From positions 3,720,001 to 3,784,000 of the forward strand of contig CDPCPM010000052.1 of NCBI GenBank assembly GCA_976551045.1: a stretch of 64,000 nt of DNA, read 5' to 3'. Numbering within the stretch: the first letter of the stretch is position 1; each line of letters starts with the position of its first letter. Positions 1-13,410 of the stretch are shown here, piece after piece. The stretch is from Glaucostegus cemiculus. Taxonomy: Eukaryota. A program made the position numbers and the translations under genes. The notes below the pieces were generated by a model, which was not told the DNA's origin, did not search any database, and saw only the letters and a list, made by a program, of their open reading frames with translations.

Positions 1-2669
1 CCATCTCTCCATTCTTAGGAAGCTTAATCTTCTACCTAAAATTATACCTCACAGAACCAGAAACTAAAAGTCTCTAGGACTGATCAGAAAATAACTCTCT
101 CCGATTTTATCTTTTCCTCCTTGGCAAACAAGGCATCCCATAACATCAAGATTCAAGAGAAAAACATATTGGTATGTGGAATTATCAGGGCACTTGAGAA
201 CATATCCATCAGTGTTGCGGTCCACTCTACTTGGAAATCTTTGTTGCAAAACCATTTTTAAACCAACAAGTTGAAATAAAACACATTATGACCAGCAGAG
301 AATTAATGCGATGCTACTTACCTTTGGTGCCATATCACAAGCTACCAGGCACTGTCAACAGATAATTACTCAGAAAAACATGCTACACAATCTATAAGAG
401 CACAGCCATACTGCCATAAATCTATCATAATTATTGTGGTAATCATATTAACAGTAATTGACTATTTAATAACTAAAGTATCTATATTGTGCAAACATTC
501 ACAGATGTACAAAGATAAAAAAGAAACAGCAACCATTCACATTGTGTAATAAATTCCAGACTGTGCACTAAAATTTTATATCTTTAGCACATTCTAAAAT
601 ACGAGAGACTTTGCACGCCAACAGATCCTTTGTAGCACTCCAGTCTCTGTGCTTCTTAATCTTTAATATCAAGGCAATTAAAATTAATGACCACTCATAC
701 AAACCACTGTGGGCAGTGTTTCCTTGACATCAGTTGTTTGATGAGTTTACCTTGAGGTTAACTAACAAGCAAGGTTTAATTGGAGCAAAGGAAGGGAGGA
801 CAATCATCTGATGTTTTTCCCTCACAACTACAAAGAAAAAGTGCTGGGACACCACACACTGTGAAAACGCTTTTCAAATATTTCTCAAAGGACAACAAAA
901 GAATACTCAGACTTTTTATCCAGTTTGAATTTGTCCAGAAGAATATGATAACTAGAAATCATACAATCAATAAAGTGTCAGGACGGAGGAGGCCCTATCA
1001 GTTTGTCTGTAACAGGTCATGTTTTTATTAGTACTCCCATGGTAATTGTAATATTAATACTGATGTCTGCTCATTTCTGCTTCAAAACATTCATCGGGCT
1101 TTGGCATCAATGGTAGTACAATTTTAAACTGTCAAAGCAGGTAGGATCCAAAATTCCACAGACTGTTTTCTGATTGGAAGATGGAAATAGTTTGGGCCTT
1201 CATAACAAATTACTGTGAATATCTCAAAGAATGTTGTTGCTTTTGAAAATAGAGACTTAGCTGTTTCCTTGTGCTACTAACCTGAGTTTTAACTGGCAGT
1301 AATAGTTTTAAACAGAATGTTTTTCCAATATCTAGTTCATTTTTTTATAGATATAAAAATGGAAATATGGCAACACAAAGATTTTGAATTTTTAGATAAG
1401 ACACAGCCAGTTTTGATCAAATAGTTGGCTTTGCAGCATTCTAAGCTTACAATTATAGGGCGGGAACAACAAATTTTCAGAGATATAGCCATAGTACTCT
1501 TTAGGTGGTTACAAGAGGTTTACTTGAAGAATTCACGAGTTACTTTGTGAATTAGCTAGGGAATGAATGACAATCAGAAAGAGTTAACTTAGAATCTGAA
1601 ATTAAGAATGATTTATTTGGACCTTTGTAGTTATGAACAAGAACACCTCACCTCATTAGAGGAAAAGGAAGGTATCCATTTCATATGCTGTTGTCTGAAT
1701 TTACATGCTAATTGAAGATATAGAATAATGAGTTCTGAAATGGTTCTCTCCCCACCACAATATTCCACTCTTCACTTTTGAAGATTTACTCTGATACAGC
1801 AATATGATTCTACAGCATGGGAAACTATTTGACACCACATTAAGTGGGTGTTCTTCATGTGTCAACCTGGACAGTGAGTGTCACAAGGTTATTTAGCCAC
1901 AGAGCGCAATGCATTCAATTCCAAAAAAAGTCAAGCACTGCATCAGTGGAGAGGGTGCAGCAAATCAGAGGCTCTGACTACTATTTTTCATTCCTCTCCA
2001 GATCCTGGAGAGGTGCCAGAGGATTGGAGAGCTGCTAACTTTGTACCATTGTTTAAAAAAAGGAGGAAGTGATAAACCAAGTTATTACAACCCACTTATT
2101 TTGATCACTGATGTGCAAATTATTGGAATCCATTTGAAGGGACAGCAAACCTGCAGTTAGAGAGGCAAAGATGAATCAAAGGGCAGCCAGCAGGGATTTG
2201 CTAAGGGAGGGTTGTGCCCAACTAATTTGTCTGGATTTTATGTGGAGGTAAGAAGGGAATGGACAAGTGCAGCGTGTTTGATGTTGTCTATGTGGATTCT
2301 CAGCAAGCCTTTTGATAAAGTCTCAGATGGCAGGCTGATCAAAAGAGCAAAAGCCCATGGGAAAGTGGCAAATTGGATCCAAAAACAGCTCTGTGGCAAG
2401 AAACAAGGAAAATGGCTGATGGGTGTTTTTGTGACCGGAAAGCTCCTACCAGTGGGGTTCCACAGGCTTTGAAATCCATCCCTTGTTTTCTGCATTATAT
2501 ATCAATGATTTAGACCCAAATGTAGGAGGCAGTGTAATGTGGTAACAGTGAGAAGGAAAGATTTGGACGTTAGAAAGACAATCTAGTCAATTAGGCAGAA
2601 AATGGTAAATGAAATTTAATCTACAGAAGCGCTGGGTAATGAACTTTGAAAGTACAAGATAGTGCAATA

Positions 2670-3150
2670 TACAGAAAAAATAGAAAACATTGGAAATACT
2701 CAACAGGTCAGGCAGCATCTATGAAGAGAGAAGCAAAGTTAACATTTCAGATCAATGATCTTTCATCAGAACTGGAAAAGTCAGAAAACAAGTGTGTTTT
2801 GAGTCAAAATGGAGAGGTGGAGAGAACAAAGAGAATTTCAGTAATAGGGCTGTCCAGGTGAAACAAACGTTGTTCCTTCTATGGAAGAGAGGGTAATGAA
2901 TGTTTGTGGATCATAGCTGATCTATCTAGAGGATGTAAACAGAGCAAGATGAATGAAGGCAGCAGAGAGGGGAGAAAAACAGTGCTGGAACTATAAGATT
3001 CAGAACACATCTCTCCCTAGAAATCAGAAATAAAAGAGAAAACTGGAGGAGCAGATCTGGTAGTATTTGTGAAGAGACAAAATTTGAGTTAATGTTACTG
3101 GTAGCATCTTCTATTTTTATTTCTAGCATCTGCAGTTTTTGCTTTTCAGT
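2670..3150. mobile_element. Penelope-like terminal repeat (pLTR) cluster with hammerhead-like motif
   Basis: GGAAATACTCAACAGGTCAGGCAGCATCT...GTTAACATTTCAGATCAATGATCTTTCATCAGAACT is the reverse complement of the repeats flanking the Penelope RT remnant at 61450-63275. Further partial copies in both orientations lie at ~3015-3150. Confidence 0.7.
2737..2773 (-). ncRNA. Minimal type I hammerhead ribozyme-like motif (Penelope-associated)
   Basis: Minus strand reads AGTT-CTGATGA-A-AGATCATTGATCT-GAAA-TGT-T-AACT: stem I AGTT/AACT, both catalytic boxes present, palindromic stem II. Activity is not established. Confidence 0.55.
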
Positions 3151-4379
3151 TGGCATATACAACAATGATATTGAGTGGTGTACAGAGGCAATGGGACCTT
3201 GGAGTGCATGCTCACAAATCCTTAAGGCAGATCCACAAGTCAATAAGGTGGTTAAAATATAAGTGATACTTTATTAGAAAGACACGGATTATAATAGTAG
3301 GGAGGTAGGCTAGAATTGCATTCAATGTTAATCTGGGCATCTCCTTCTTGACCTGCAGAGGTATGAGGGGCCAAGTGGCTTCACTCTGTGTTTTCCATGA
3401 TTTTATGAAATCAGTACTTCAGTAAATGATTATGGCTGAACCACCAACTTCCTTCATCTCTCTTGTTATTGGACCCGACTTAACAGTCTCAGTTTTGTTG
3501 CTGGAACATTAACAAATCTATTGGCATTCATTGGCATTACTCTGCTAAACTGACATCAGGATTTCCGCATTTGTATAGTTTAATATGGAGGTCCAGAACT
3601 TGCTGTTCATGAGTCAGTCCGCAGCAAGCACTTCCGTTAAATTATAAATAAATAAAGCAATGGCTTAGATTAATTTTAGGAATCTTGGAGTAAAAATAAT
3701 GGTCTTCCTAATCTAGACTACCGGAATTCTGACTCTTCTAACACTACAAAAAAAGAGAAGATGTTATCTAACTTTCTCTAAATGGAAGCACAATAAGGTA
3801 TTGCAGTGCCTTTAATTAACAGAAGTCATTTTCTCCACAGGAATAGGTTGCTTTACTGAGGGCATATTTTCAGGCAATGTGACAGACAGGGACCAATTCA
3901 GAAGGGTTCTGTTGTGTGCACACTCTGTTAATTGAATGACAGGAATTGAGCAAACCACATTGGCTACCAACAGATTCAGAGTCAGTGGACTGCTATTTTC
4001 TGAAACCTTCAAATAAAATCTTTCAGACAAAACATTTGAGAAGGCTGCATTTCCACACAACAATTCTCTGGACTTTGCTTTTCTGAAAAGATCAAATTAT
4101 TACCCTTAAGATTTGTCATGCATATAAACATTCTCAAAGTAAAATGAGCAAACTTGAATGGTGATGAACAAAACATAACCTGGAAATATATATTAAGTGG
4201 TAAAAGTGGAACCTCAGTCACTAGCACTAACCACACAATGACAATTGGCACTACGTATTCTAGTTCCGAAATTTAGTTCTACTAAAATCAGTGGAACTGA
4301 AGCTTAGCATACACTGCCCAGGCATTATTATATTAGATGTTTATAGCAAGCAACCAAGGATGAATGTTAAACCTAAAGA

Positions 4380-4600
4380 TCCAACTAATGATAGCACTGG
4401 ATTGGAGTCAGACCAGGATAAGGGCAGGATGTTTCCCTCCACAATTAGTTAACCAGCAGGATGCATCACAGGCTGACAATTTCAGGATTACTTTCAGGTA
4501 TATTTTTTTAAAAACATATTCAAATTTAGTTGATGGGATTTGAACTCTCTTTACAAATTATTAGTCTAGGCCTCTTCTAGATAATAGTCTGGTATTAGTT
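4380..4600 (-). mobile_element. Decayed tRNA-derived SINE (same family as 24140-24510)
   Basis: Shares GGAGTCA..GACCAGGATAAGGGCAG, GATGGGATTTGAAC (reverse-complement B box) and ATTATTAGTCTAG motifs with copies at 5570-5820 and 24140-24510. Confidence 0.55.
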
Positions 4601-5004
4601 TTATGCACAGTGTGATTCTGTAATATTAAAGTGTTCAGTCATTTGCCAGTAAAGCTGTTGAATTTATTGGCATCAGTGACCTAACATGACTGACTAAAAG
4701 CCCCAAATCAAACAGGGTAGCCATTTCATTCAGATTTATTGCCCTTGTAATCAGAAAGGTCCCAGAATATAGGAAAATGGGGCTCTGCTGGCACTTACAA
4801 ATGCACAATTTCTTTCAGAATGCTTTTTCACCCTGAGACTTGTTTGGTCACTGTAATTCTGTACTGGGGCTGGCAGTGAAACTGTATACTGCCTATACAG
4901 GAACAGCATGTCGCCTTTTAACTTTAAGTCACTGCCATCTTTTCATTAGGCCTCAGAATTGTCTACAGTAACAGAAAATCCAGGTAAATTAATTATACTT
5001 GTGT

Positions 5005-5130
5005 CAAAAGCTGCAGATGCTGGAAATCTGAAATAAAGGCAGAAAATTTTGGTAAAAGTTCAGCAGGTCAGGCTACATCTGCTGAGAAAGGAATAGAGTT
5101 AATGGTTCAACATGATGACCTTTGATCACT
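5005..5130 (-). mobile_element. Solo Penelope-type terminal repeat, hammerhead core decayed
   Basis: CTGCAGATGCTGGAAATCTGAAATAAA...CAGCAGGTCAGGCTACATCTG...AGAGTTAAT matches the 2670-2775 copy. Confidence 0.65.
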
Positions 5131-5569
5131 TCCATTTCTCCAGCAAGTTCTGGTACACCTATGTATCTGATCTCTACAAATTCTCAAAATGTACAGCATT
5201 TTAATTATAAACAGATTTGTTTGAATACATATGAACTCTTGTTCCTAAATAAATACATACATACGATTAGAAAATAAAACAACCTTTTCTTTTAAAGTAA
5301 ATTGATTTAAAAGAATATAGTTAGAGCCATTGTGAGGTAGCTTGTGGAATCTTGTATACAAGTCTGGTCTACCTATCTAAGGAAGGGTATACTTGTGATA
5401 GAAGGTAGAACAGGGAGTATTCACCACATTGCCTCCTGGGTTGGCAGGTCCGTCAATGCCATGATGTTCTCAATTCAATCTCAAGACATGGCTGGAAAGA
5501 CATTTTATTGCCAAACTATTGGATCATCTTTTTGAACCACTGCAAGTGAACAACTTTCCAGACTGTTCC

Positions 5570-5820
5570 AGATGATAGTTAGGAGTCACTCAACAAGAAA
5601 ATGGATCTGGAGTCAGACTGGGCAAGGCAAGAGATGAATTAATAAATTACCTGGATCTGTATGATATTCTGGTAACTTCATGACCACCATCAAAGATTTT
5701 CTTTTAGATAACATAATTCAAAGACAATTGATGGGATTTAAACACTCACTCTAGATTATTAGTCTAGACCTAATGATTTATTCATGCAGCAACATAATCA
5801 TCATACTATCATAGTGAATC
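5570..5820 (-). mobile_element. Decayed tRNA-derived SINE
   Basis: TCTGGAGTCAGACTGGGCAAGG...TTCATGACCACCAT...GATGGGATTTAAAC...CTCTAGATTATTAGTCTAG, similar to 4380-4600. Confidence 0.5.
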
Positions 5821-8049
5821 TTGTGAAAATGCTGATGCATTAAATAAATCACAAAAACAGAGCTCCAACGAATTAAGTTGCCACGTCTGCCCCAAGTTTA
5901 GGCTTCACCATGTTGTAGTTTTATTGTATACTGGTTTGGATTTTGTATCTGTAAAGAACTTCTGTGCTGACAGTAACTAGCAGTACACGAAGCCAACCCC
6001 TGTAGTAAGCCGAAATGTATTGAGAAATAACCTACCATTGACAAAAGCATTTGTATCCCCAGTATATTCTAATAAGTGTTTTAAATAGAATCTAATCTAA
6101 GAAAAGTACACCTAAAAAGCAAAATAGACTTTTTATATTAGCCTGAGCATTCAAGAAGGGGATTTTAAAAAAACATGTAAATTGTTGGATAAAATATAGA
6201 ATTAAAGCCTAACAAATTATAGCAAAGCTGTTGTGAGATGGCACATTTTGTCATTCCCAGTGTCTCCTGCAGTATAAATATTCACTGTTTCTGACACTGT
6301 GCAAGACACTCATCTGCTTCTGTAGAAGGCATTTTTCCTCACTGGCTGAGTGTCTATGGAACAGATGAGGTAGTTTATCTACAGCCAGAACACAGCAGAC
6401 ATGATAGTTTGCAGCAACTCTTGATGTAGCTCTCCCCTGAACTTGAGCCGTCAATCTCTAATTTGATCAAGAATAAAGGGCACTGAATAAGAAGCCACTG
6501 ATTCTTTTTTAAGTATGGTTGCATTAGCTACTAAGGTGTTAATGAATATTTACTGCACTTACAAAAAGGACACATTTCAGAGTCTACATGTTTCTTTCTT
6601 TAAAAAGAATTGTACTGCCATTTATGGTGAGTTTGAACAAATTCTCAGAAGGTATTTAAATACTTTGAGCATGTCACACAATTTTGTTATTTATTTTCAT
6701 TGATTTTATTTCACCTGCTGCTCACCAAACAGAAACACAAGACAGCTAAAATTTTCCACTGTTTTGTGGTTCTATTAGTAATTCCTCAAGAAAAGCTACC
6801 ATGCTGTACTTGGGAGCCATTCACATAGCTTGTTATCGACAGGGTCTTTTATAGCTTCTCTATTAGTGAGGGAGTCATAAATAATGTGTGTGATACAGAG
6901 GGAGTTCAGTGTTTTGGTTTTTAATGTTTATTGGTGTTCTCTAATGATCTGTCTGCACTCAAGTTTTTCATTAATCTTAACAGTTTGTTGGTTTATTTGA
7001 ACCTCATGAATGCTATACCAGCTGGGTTTTGAAATCTGGGAAACTCTTTTGAGGTGCCTGCTTAGGTGAATCCGCATATGCATAATGTAGCCACATATAT
7101 ATGCAGGAGTGCATAACAAGTGGGGGGGGTTGTATGTCTGTGTGTATAGTTTGTGAGCAGGTTGGGAGTAGGTGTGTGTAGTGCATTAATGAGACATATG
7201 TGTGCAACATACAGGCCCAGGAGAAGAGGAAAGACTGCATGTGTGTGTGCATGTTCAGAAAATGCAATATCTGCAATGCAATACTTTACTGAAAAAAAAG
7301 GTAGTTATGGATGAGACCAAAGATTCATTTTCCCTTACCAAAGCAGCTTACCTTTGAAAGCCTCTCCATCAAATAAACTGCTGCTAACCACAGCTGGCAG
7401 GTTAGAGTGGCAGGTCACTGTGGGACTCTCCAACTATGATCACTTACTTGAGAGAAGCAGTTCTACTATTTTTTGCTATAATCATGCCTCTGTTTTACAT
7501 TTATTACATTATAAATGTAAAAGTGTCTGAACTTCAGCAAATGTAAATTTTCTCTGAGAAACAAATGATTTAGTCTAAAGGTATATTATACAGAGCTCAC
7601 ACTTCCACTATTATTTCAATTGTTATTATGTACTTGCATTTCAAGTCAGCAATTAAATTTATTTATTTTGTGTTATCTGTTTATCAAAAGTTAAATATTC
7701 TTTTATTAAAACCAATCTTCATTTGGGGAAATGAAAAGATACTTATTAACCAGCTAACTCAAAAAGATGTAAAAAAACTGCTCACCTTACAATGGGAATT
7801 TGCCACGTATCACTTAATGCACATGTGTAGCTATGGCTGTGTGCAATACTCAGCTTCAAAAATTAAGCATTACTGAATTTTCTAAGTGGAATACAAAAAT
7901 TAATTGCTACAAATGTGCACTTAGTAGAAAGAAATAATTGAAAATTCTTAGCAAGGTTATATTCCCTTGAGAAATAAAAGCTCCACTGGAAAAGTGTTCC
8001 ACCCTTTGCTAACTGAAGTAATTAGGGATAGGATGAGATTACAAGAGTT

Positions 8050-8520
8050 TATAATGCTACAACTAAGAGTGCTGAGCCTGAGGACTGGGATGATTTCAAA
8101 ATGAGCAAATTAGACCAAAATATTGATATATCTGGGAAAAACTGAATCTATGAATAAACTAGCAAGAAATACAAAAATATATTGTAAAAGTTACTATAAT
8201 GAGGGGAAGCATAGGTGCCTTAAGAGTACTGGAATGAAGTATTTTGTATTTGTCTCTGCAGAAGACCAATGGAAATCATTCCAGTTAAAGAGTGGAAACT
8301 TAAAAGTAATTAAACTCAGATCTCTGGACTATAGTCCAGTCTGAAAGTCTTTAGAAGTCTGTGGATATACAATCATTGAATATATTCAAGACCATGAATG
8401 CCAGATATTTGGATTTCACTTGAATCCATAGACAAGGATTGGGTAGGAAAGTGATGATTTTACTGAATGCAATAAGACTCAAGAGACTGTAGCCTGCACC
8501 CAGTGCTATTCCTCATTTTC
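8050..8520 (+). mobile_element. Highly decayed CR1-like 3' fragment
   Basis: Weak similarity to the 3' ends of the other CR1 copies (TCATTGAATATATTCAAGAC...AGATATTTGGAT; terminal GCTATTCCTCATTTTC). Confidence 0.35.
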
Positions 8521-10627
8521 TTTCAAATTGAGCATATTTGTCTAACCCTCTCCGCTTATACAACAAAATCCAAGATTTTGTTACAGTTATCGTTCCAGGT
8601 AAAAATATATTTTTTTTTCAAGAATCAATACCACCACGTGCAGAAGGTTTCATTATAACCAGAGACAATGACATTCAGCCACCTACAGACCAGTTAATAG
8701 AGAATATTTCAAAAGGAAAAGTAAGATTAATAGATTAGTGTGGTCTCTTTCATTGTCTGCTTCCTCACCAGAGTCACAAAGCAAATTTCACAAGTTGCTG
8801 CTTGAGCAAAACTGTTCTTTCCAACATAAACTGAATGAGAAATACAAAGCTTGATTCTTACCTGTTAATTGACTATATTTGTTTCTTTTTGCCTAAACAC
8901 TTGTGAAACCAACTCCAATTTTCAGCACAGTCAATTTCAGATTTGTAAAAGTTACACGGTTCATGTTAATGGTTACCCTCTCAGCACTATTAACTTCTGG
9001 GAAACTTTTGCTCTAACACAAAATATTCGCTAACAGCATTTAGTTTAAGCAAGTGACATCTTAATCAGCAGCTGGTCCTATTAGTAGGATAGTACTGCAG
9101 TTTGAACCCACTTTTAAAACTCTTTCTTGCAAAAGAGTAGTTTATGAACTAAACCAAATACGTAGCATAATTTCACATCATTTCTATTAAGCAAATACAC
9201 AAGATTAATGAATAAAATTTAATAGAAATGACTTATTCACTCAGCAGAAATTAACTTTTCAGTACATCTTTTACAGATGATTCTTTCAAACCTCAGTTGA
9301 AACAATTGGAATAATATTAATTAATTAGCTAACCTCAAGCTGGTTTCTAATTATGCTTCTGAAAGTTCCTCTGGAGGTTAAGTTGATCATTATGTCAAAA
9401 ATAGAACAGAAGCCATGAATAGTTAAAGCACAATCCATTTAACCCTCAGCCACATTGCAATAAATATATTATGAGCTGTAATATTGATATGCAAGACTCA
9501 GTCGTCTAGGATCACTGTTTGTGTCACCTTAACCAACACATTCTATCACTCTGAGTTTAGAAGCAAACTCAATACTCATGACACCTAGCAAGCACCTTGA
9601 TAGGTATAAATAGAGTAGCTGTCATAGCCAGTCATAAAATATGATATATATATCCATAAGTGAGGCTGACTGGGTAACTCACAAGCAAAGAATCACAAGT
9701 GAGCTATGGTCAGTCTTGCAAGTGGGAACACAGATCATGTTTCCCAGATGCTTCTGACCTTCTTGAACTGTAATACCAGGTTCTATTTCAATTATTTTAT
9801 TTTGAGCATATAATTTAAAGATAAAGCTTTAAACAGAGATTATTGTAAAAGGAAAAGCCTCCTTTAATAAAGAATGCGTCCTCACTGGAACTTTCAAATA
9901 TGGTGACATATCACAACCTTGAAAATCTCCTAAACAGGAATTATTTAATTCACATTATAGTCTGATCCAAAAAAATAATAATTTACTAATGAGTCACAAA
10001 ACAAACATGAACCTTAAAGGTCTCAGCATAAACAAGGAGCAGAAATAAATTATTGTCTAGTTACAATATGGAACAGCTACACTTCTTGCCTGAGAGGAGC
10101 AAGTCTGAGACTATTGTTAGAAGTATAACCTGTGACAGAAATGGGATGATTACATGTTGCTGTGTGAATTGAAAATCTTGAGCTAAACAGTAAATATTTC
10201 TGTTCAATTATATAATTGTACTATATTGCTATTTTAAACTTAGTGAAAATTTAATTCAGCAGTTGCTTGGATAGCCAGTTCAATGTGCAACTTAACAACT
10301 TTTTATGCTTCATAATTACTCTTTGAAGAAACCTGTTAATTCAGTATCGTATGCAAATTAAGATCTTTAATTTAATTTTTTTTTATATCTAATTAATTGT
10401 GATATCAAATCAGAGAATGAAAGAGATGGAGCAGGAACAACTCAGCCATTGGTTTTATAGAAATCAGCAACCTATATAGTCAATTCATGTTGCTCTGGCT
10501 GAACTTGAAGTTTCACATTGAACAAAGGTTTGAAACTACCTTTTCTAATCTATTTCCAATATTTTTAAAATTTGAGCAGACATATTCCTTTAGAATAAAC
10601 TCAAAAGTTGTGGATGGTCCATCTTAC

Positions 10628-10763
10628 TTGTGATACTGTGATGCTACACTTCTTTGCCAGCTCTTCTTTGGCTTCTTCACTGGGATATGGATTGCTGAGA
10701 TGGGAGTAAAAATACTCGTTCAAGACTTCTGTTGCTTGTTTGCTGAAATTACGTCGTTTTCGT
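10628..10763 (-). CDS. pbx1: PBX homeobox gene, coding exon 5 (TALE homeodomain helices 1-2 with PYP loop)
   Basis: (R)[45 protein letters not shown]. Acceptor ttttcAG at 10765-10764, donor CAA|GTAAGA at 10627, 136 nt, phase 2 to 0. Confidence 0.95.
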
Positions 10764-12759
10764 CTGAAAACATTAAAGGGAGATTTTGCTTTTTCTTCTG
10801 ACTTGACATTAAGCAACTGCATTTTAATTTGACATCTTTATATCATTTATCAAACCAATAAATTGATTAATCATGAATCAAATTAAAGTTTGAATACATT
10901 ATTTAATAGGATAATACATGCTTCCTCATTTCAGCCAAAATTCACAATACACATGTTCAAAGAGATTTTAAAATCTGCATTGTTCACTAAAGGACCAAAA
11001 CTACAGTGATTCAAAAACCACCAACTAATAAAGGTACATCCAATGATCAAGTAAGAAGATGGAACTGAAAAGAACCATTATTAGGCACTTTATGAATGTG
11101 ACATTAATAGATACTAAAAGGCAGCTTTACAATTAGCATCTCTTTAAATTCTGCAAGCAGCATAGTTTCTGGCAGTTTAAGTTGAGGCCTTCTATAATAA
11201 AATGATATTTGTAATAAGCTTTTCTGTGGGAATCTTCATCAGAGGCAATGAGCCTGTGGAGAGACTTGTTCTTGTGCCTTTCAGAATCGATTTTGCAGTG
11301 CTTCTGGGGAGATGGGACGGAGGGCAACTCTGCCTTCTCCATGATACTTAACACTGCATTAACCCCACACTATACTGCCCTTTTGGTTTCTCTGCAGTGA
11401 TACAATGAATGCTCACTCCAGCACAGCACACTGCATCTCCCCAGGGTGGCATTCATCTCTCCTTTGTGTGACCATTCCTATTTCTTTGTTTACACACTGT
11501 TCCCTTCAAATAAATCATTTAAAAAAATGCACATCTGCTCAATTTAAGTTGTATAAAGGAATCCAAATTCTCTAAAGGCATTTTCCAACTGTTTATAATT
11601 ATTTTAATTTACCACACCTGCTGATGACCTGATTGCCAGTGAAATTATTCAGTTTGTTTCAGCTCTAACTCTCTACAGGTGCAAGTTGTGTTGTATTAAG
11701 AGAATGTACAACAAACCAGCAGAGATCATGGTCGGTATTTGAAGCTGAACATAACAGAATGACGGAGATGTTTAAAAGACAGATGTTCGTAATGGTGATT
11801 GTAATATTATTGTTGTGCTTGGTCCACAATTTTAAGTAGTAATTGGCCAATATCCCCACTATCACAGCACTGTAACAAGGTGTTGGTGGCAAATATGGTA
11901 AGGATAAAAATGTGATAATGAAGAAACATATTAATTTTAAAATCAGTATATTAAATGGTGCACTGCAAAATCAACATCATCTCCATGTACAAAAGTACAA
12001 ATATTTTATTCCCAATAACCTTATATTTAATAAAGAACTCTGCTCTTTCTTCCTTTCTTCTGAAAGGCAATGAGGCAAATGAAATTTCACTGAAATTAAG
12101 CCCAAAGTATGTTGAAAATGAAAAATGTTGAACATCAGGGCTGAAAATATCTTAATAAGAATTAGTAATTATAAAATCTTTTCTGACCCAAGTGAAGGCA
12201 TAGTGGTGTTTAAATAGTGAAAGCACAAAATCAACACATGTAAAATGATTGGACTATATGGGTGGGCAAGCATGTTGTGAGTTACATGAATATCTTCAGT
12301 GGTTGAAAACCCTTGCACCAATTTTATAATCTGTCAAATTTATATTCAATACACAAAATATCTACAGGAACGCTTTTATTAACTGCAGCTGCATGCTATT
12401 CTATCCTCTTGATAGCAGAAGGTTTGGGTTATTTTATCCAATTCTTGACCGAGTGGCATGCTCATCCATCAATTTTAATCGTACACTGAAAGCCTGCATG
12501 GAACCCAATCTGAGCATTCAAAAGCTAAAGACATTTGTGACACTTGAGAGGAAGCATCTGAATTCAAATCAGGGAACACTGGAGTGAAAGTATAATATTT
12601 TGTCATTTGGAAAAGGATGTTTTTTTTTAAGTTATTAGGTTCAGGGGTTGCATTCTCCTGCAAAATAACTGGTTGCTCTTCTCTTGGGCTCGTTTTCAAT
12701 CAGAGGGAGTACATGTGGATTGTGTGTAGCAAGTGAGAAGAGGTTTGTATCTGCTTTAG

Positions 12760-13410
12760 CACTGACGTGGTTTTACTGAGAGAAATGTCACTATTGAGTG
12801 AGAAGATTGCAAGTTCAATTCCCACTGCAGGACTTCAGCATAATCTTGTCTGATATCTGAAAGCAGTACAAAGACAGTGCAGTGCTGTAGACTTAGGCCT
12901 TGACTGCTTGTTCAAGTGAATGCATAAGGTTCCCACTATGCTTTCCTGAACCGCAAGATAATTTTTCTCTCTCCTATCCAAAATTCCTCAAGGAACAACA
13001 TCAATACAAACTATCTAATCATTGTTCTCAGTTTTGCTTGTGTGATTATTTGGACAAAGTTAGACTAAAAAGGTCAACTGCTTCCAAAGTAATTCACTGG
13101 ACGTAAACCACTTAACATAGAACAGTACAGCATAAGAACAGGCCCCTTAGCCCACAATATCTGTGCCGACCATGACGCCAATTTATATTGCACATCTTCC
13201 TGCAAATGATCTACTGCCTATTTAAATGCCTTCTAAACACTGCCATCCTATCTGCTTTGACCACCTGCCCTGGCAGTGCATTCCAGGCACCTACTCTGTG
13301 TAAAACAAATTCCCTTGAAACTCTCCTTTTAAACTTTCCCCCTCTCACCTTAAAACTATGCCCTCTAATATATTCTTTGGGATGTCCTTAGGGCATGTAA
13401 ATTTTGATGT
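12760..13410 (+). mobile_element. Decayed Deu-domain-like SINE with a nested CR1 3' end
   Basis: tRNA-like head with AGTTCAATTCCC. Body resembles 33150-33550. The tail CTTTGGGATGTCCT resumes at ~13375 after the insert. Confidence 0.5.
13115..13370 (-). mobile_element. CR1-like LINE 3' terminal fragment
   Basis: CATAGAACAGTACAGCAT..GAACAGGCCCTT tail and TTCPGSAFQAPT antisense signature, similar to 57090-57435. Confidence 0.8.

Larger units (their letters stand above)
1990..3400 (+). mobile_element. Decayed CR1-like LINE ORF2 fragment, interrupted at ~2670-3150 by Penelope-type repeats
   Basis: Remnants GEVPEDWRAANFVPLFKK and SKPFDKVSDGRLI. After the insert the element resumes with a DLGVHAHKSLK...QVNKVVK-like stretch. 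Multiple frameshifts. Confidence 0.8.

Noticed and set aside
1-10627. PBX exon 6 (VSNWFGNKRIRYKK)
   Set aside because: Not found by eye on the minus strand; it presumably lies left of the window. Exon 2 was likewise not found in 34663-64000.
10764-10822. N-terminal part of ORF 10601..10822 ([11 protein letters not shown]...) as coding
   Set aside because: It lies upstream of the ttttcAG acceptor and has no PBX similarity, so it is intronic read-through. The same applies to the ORF tails past the donors at 10627, 20281 and 34417.
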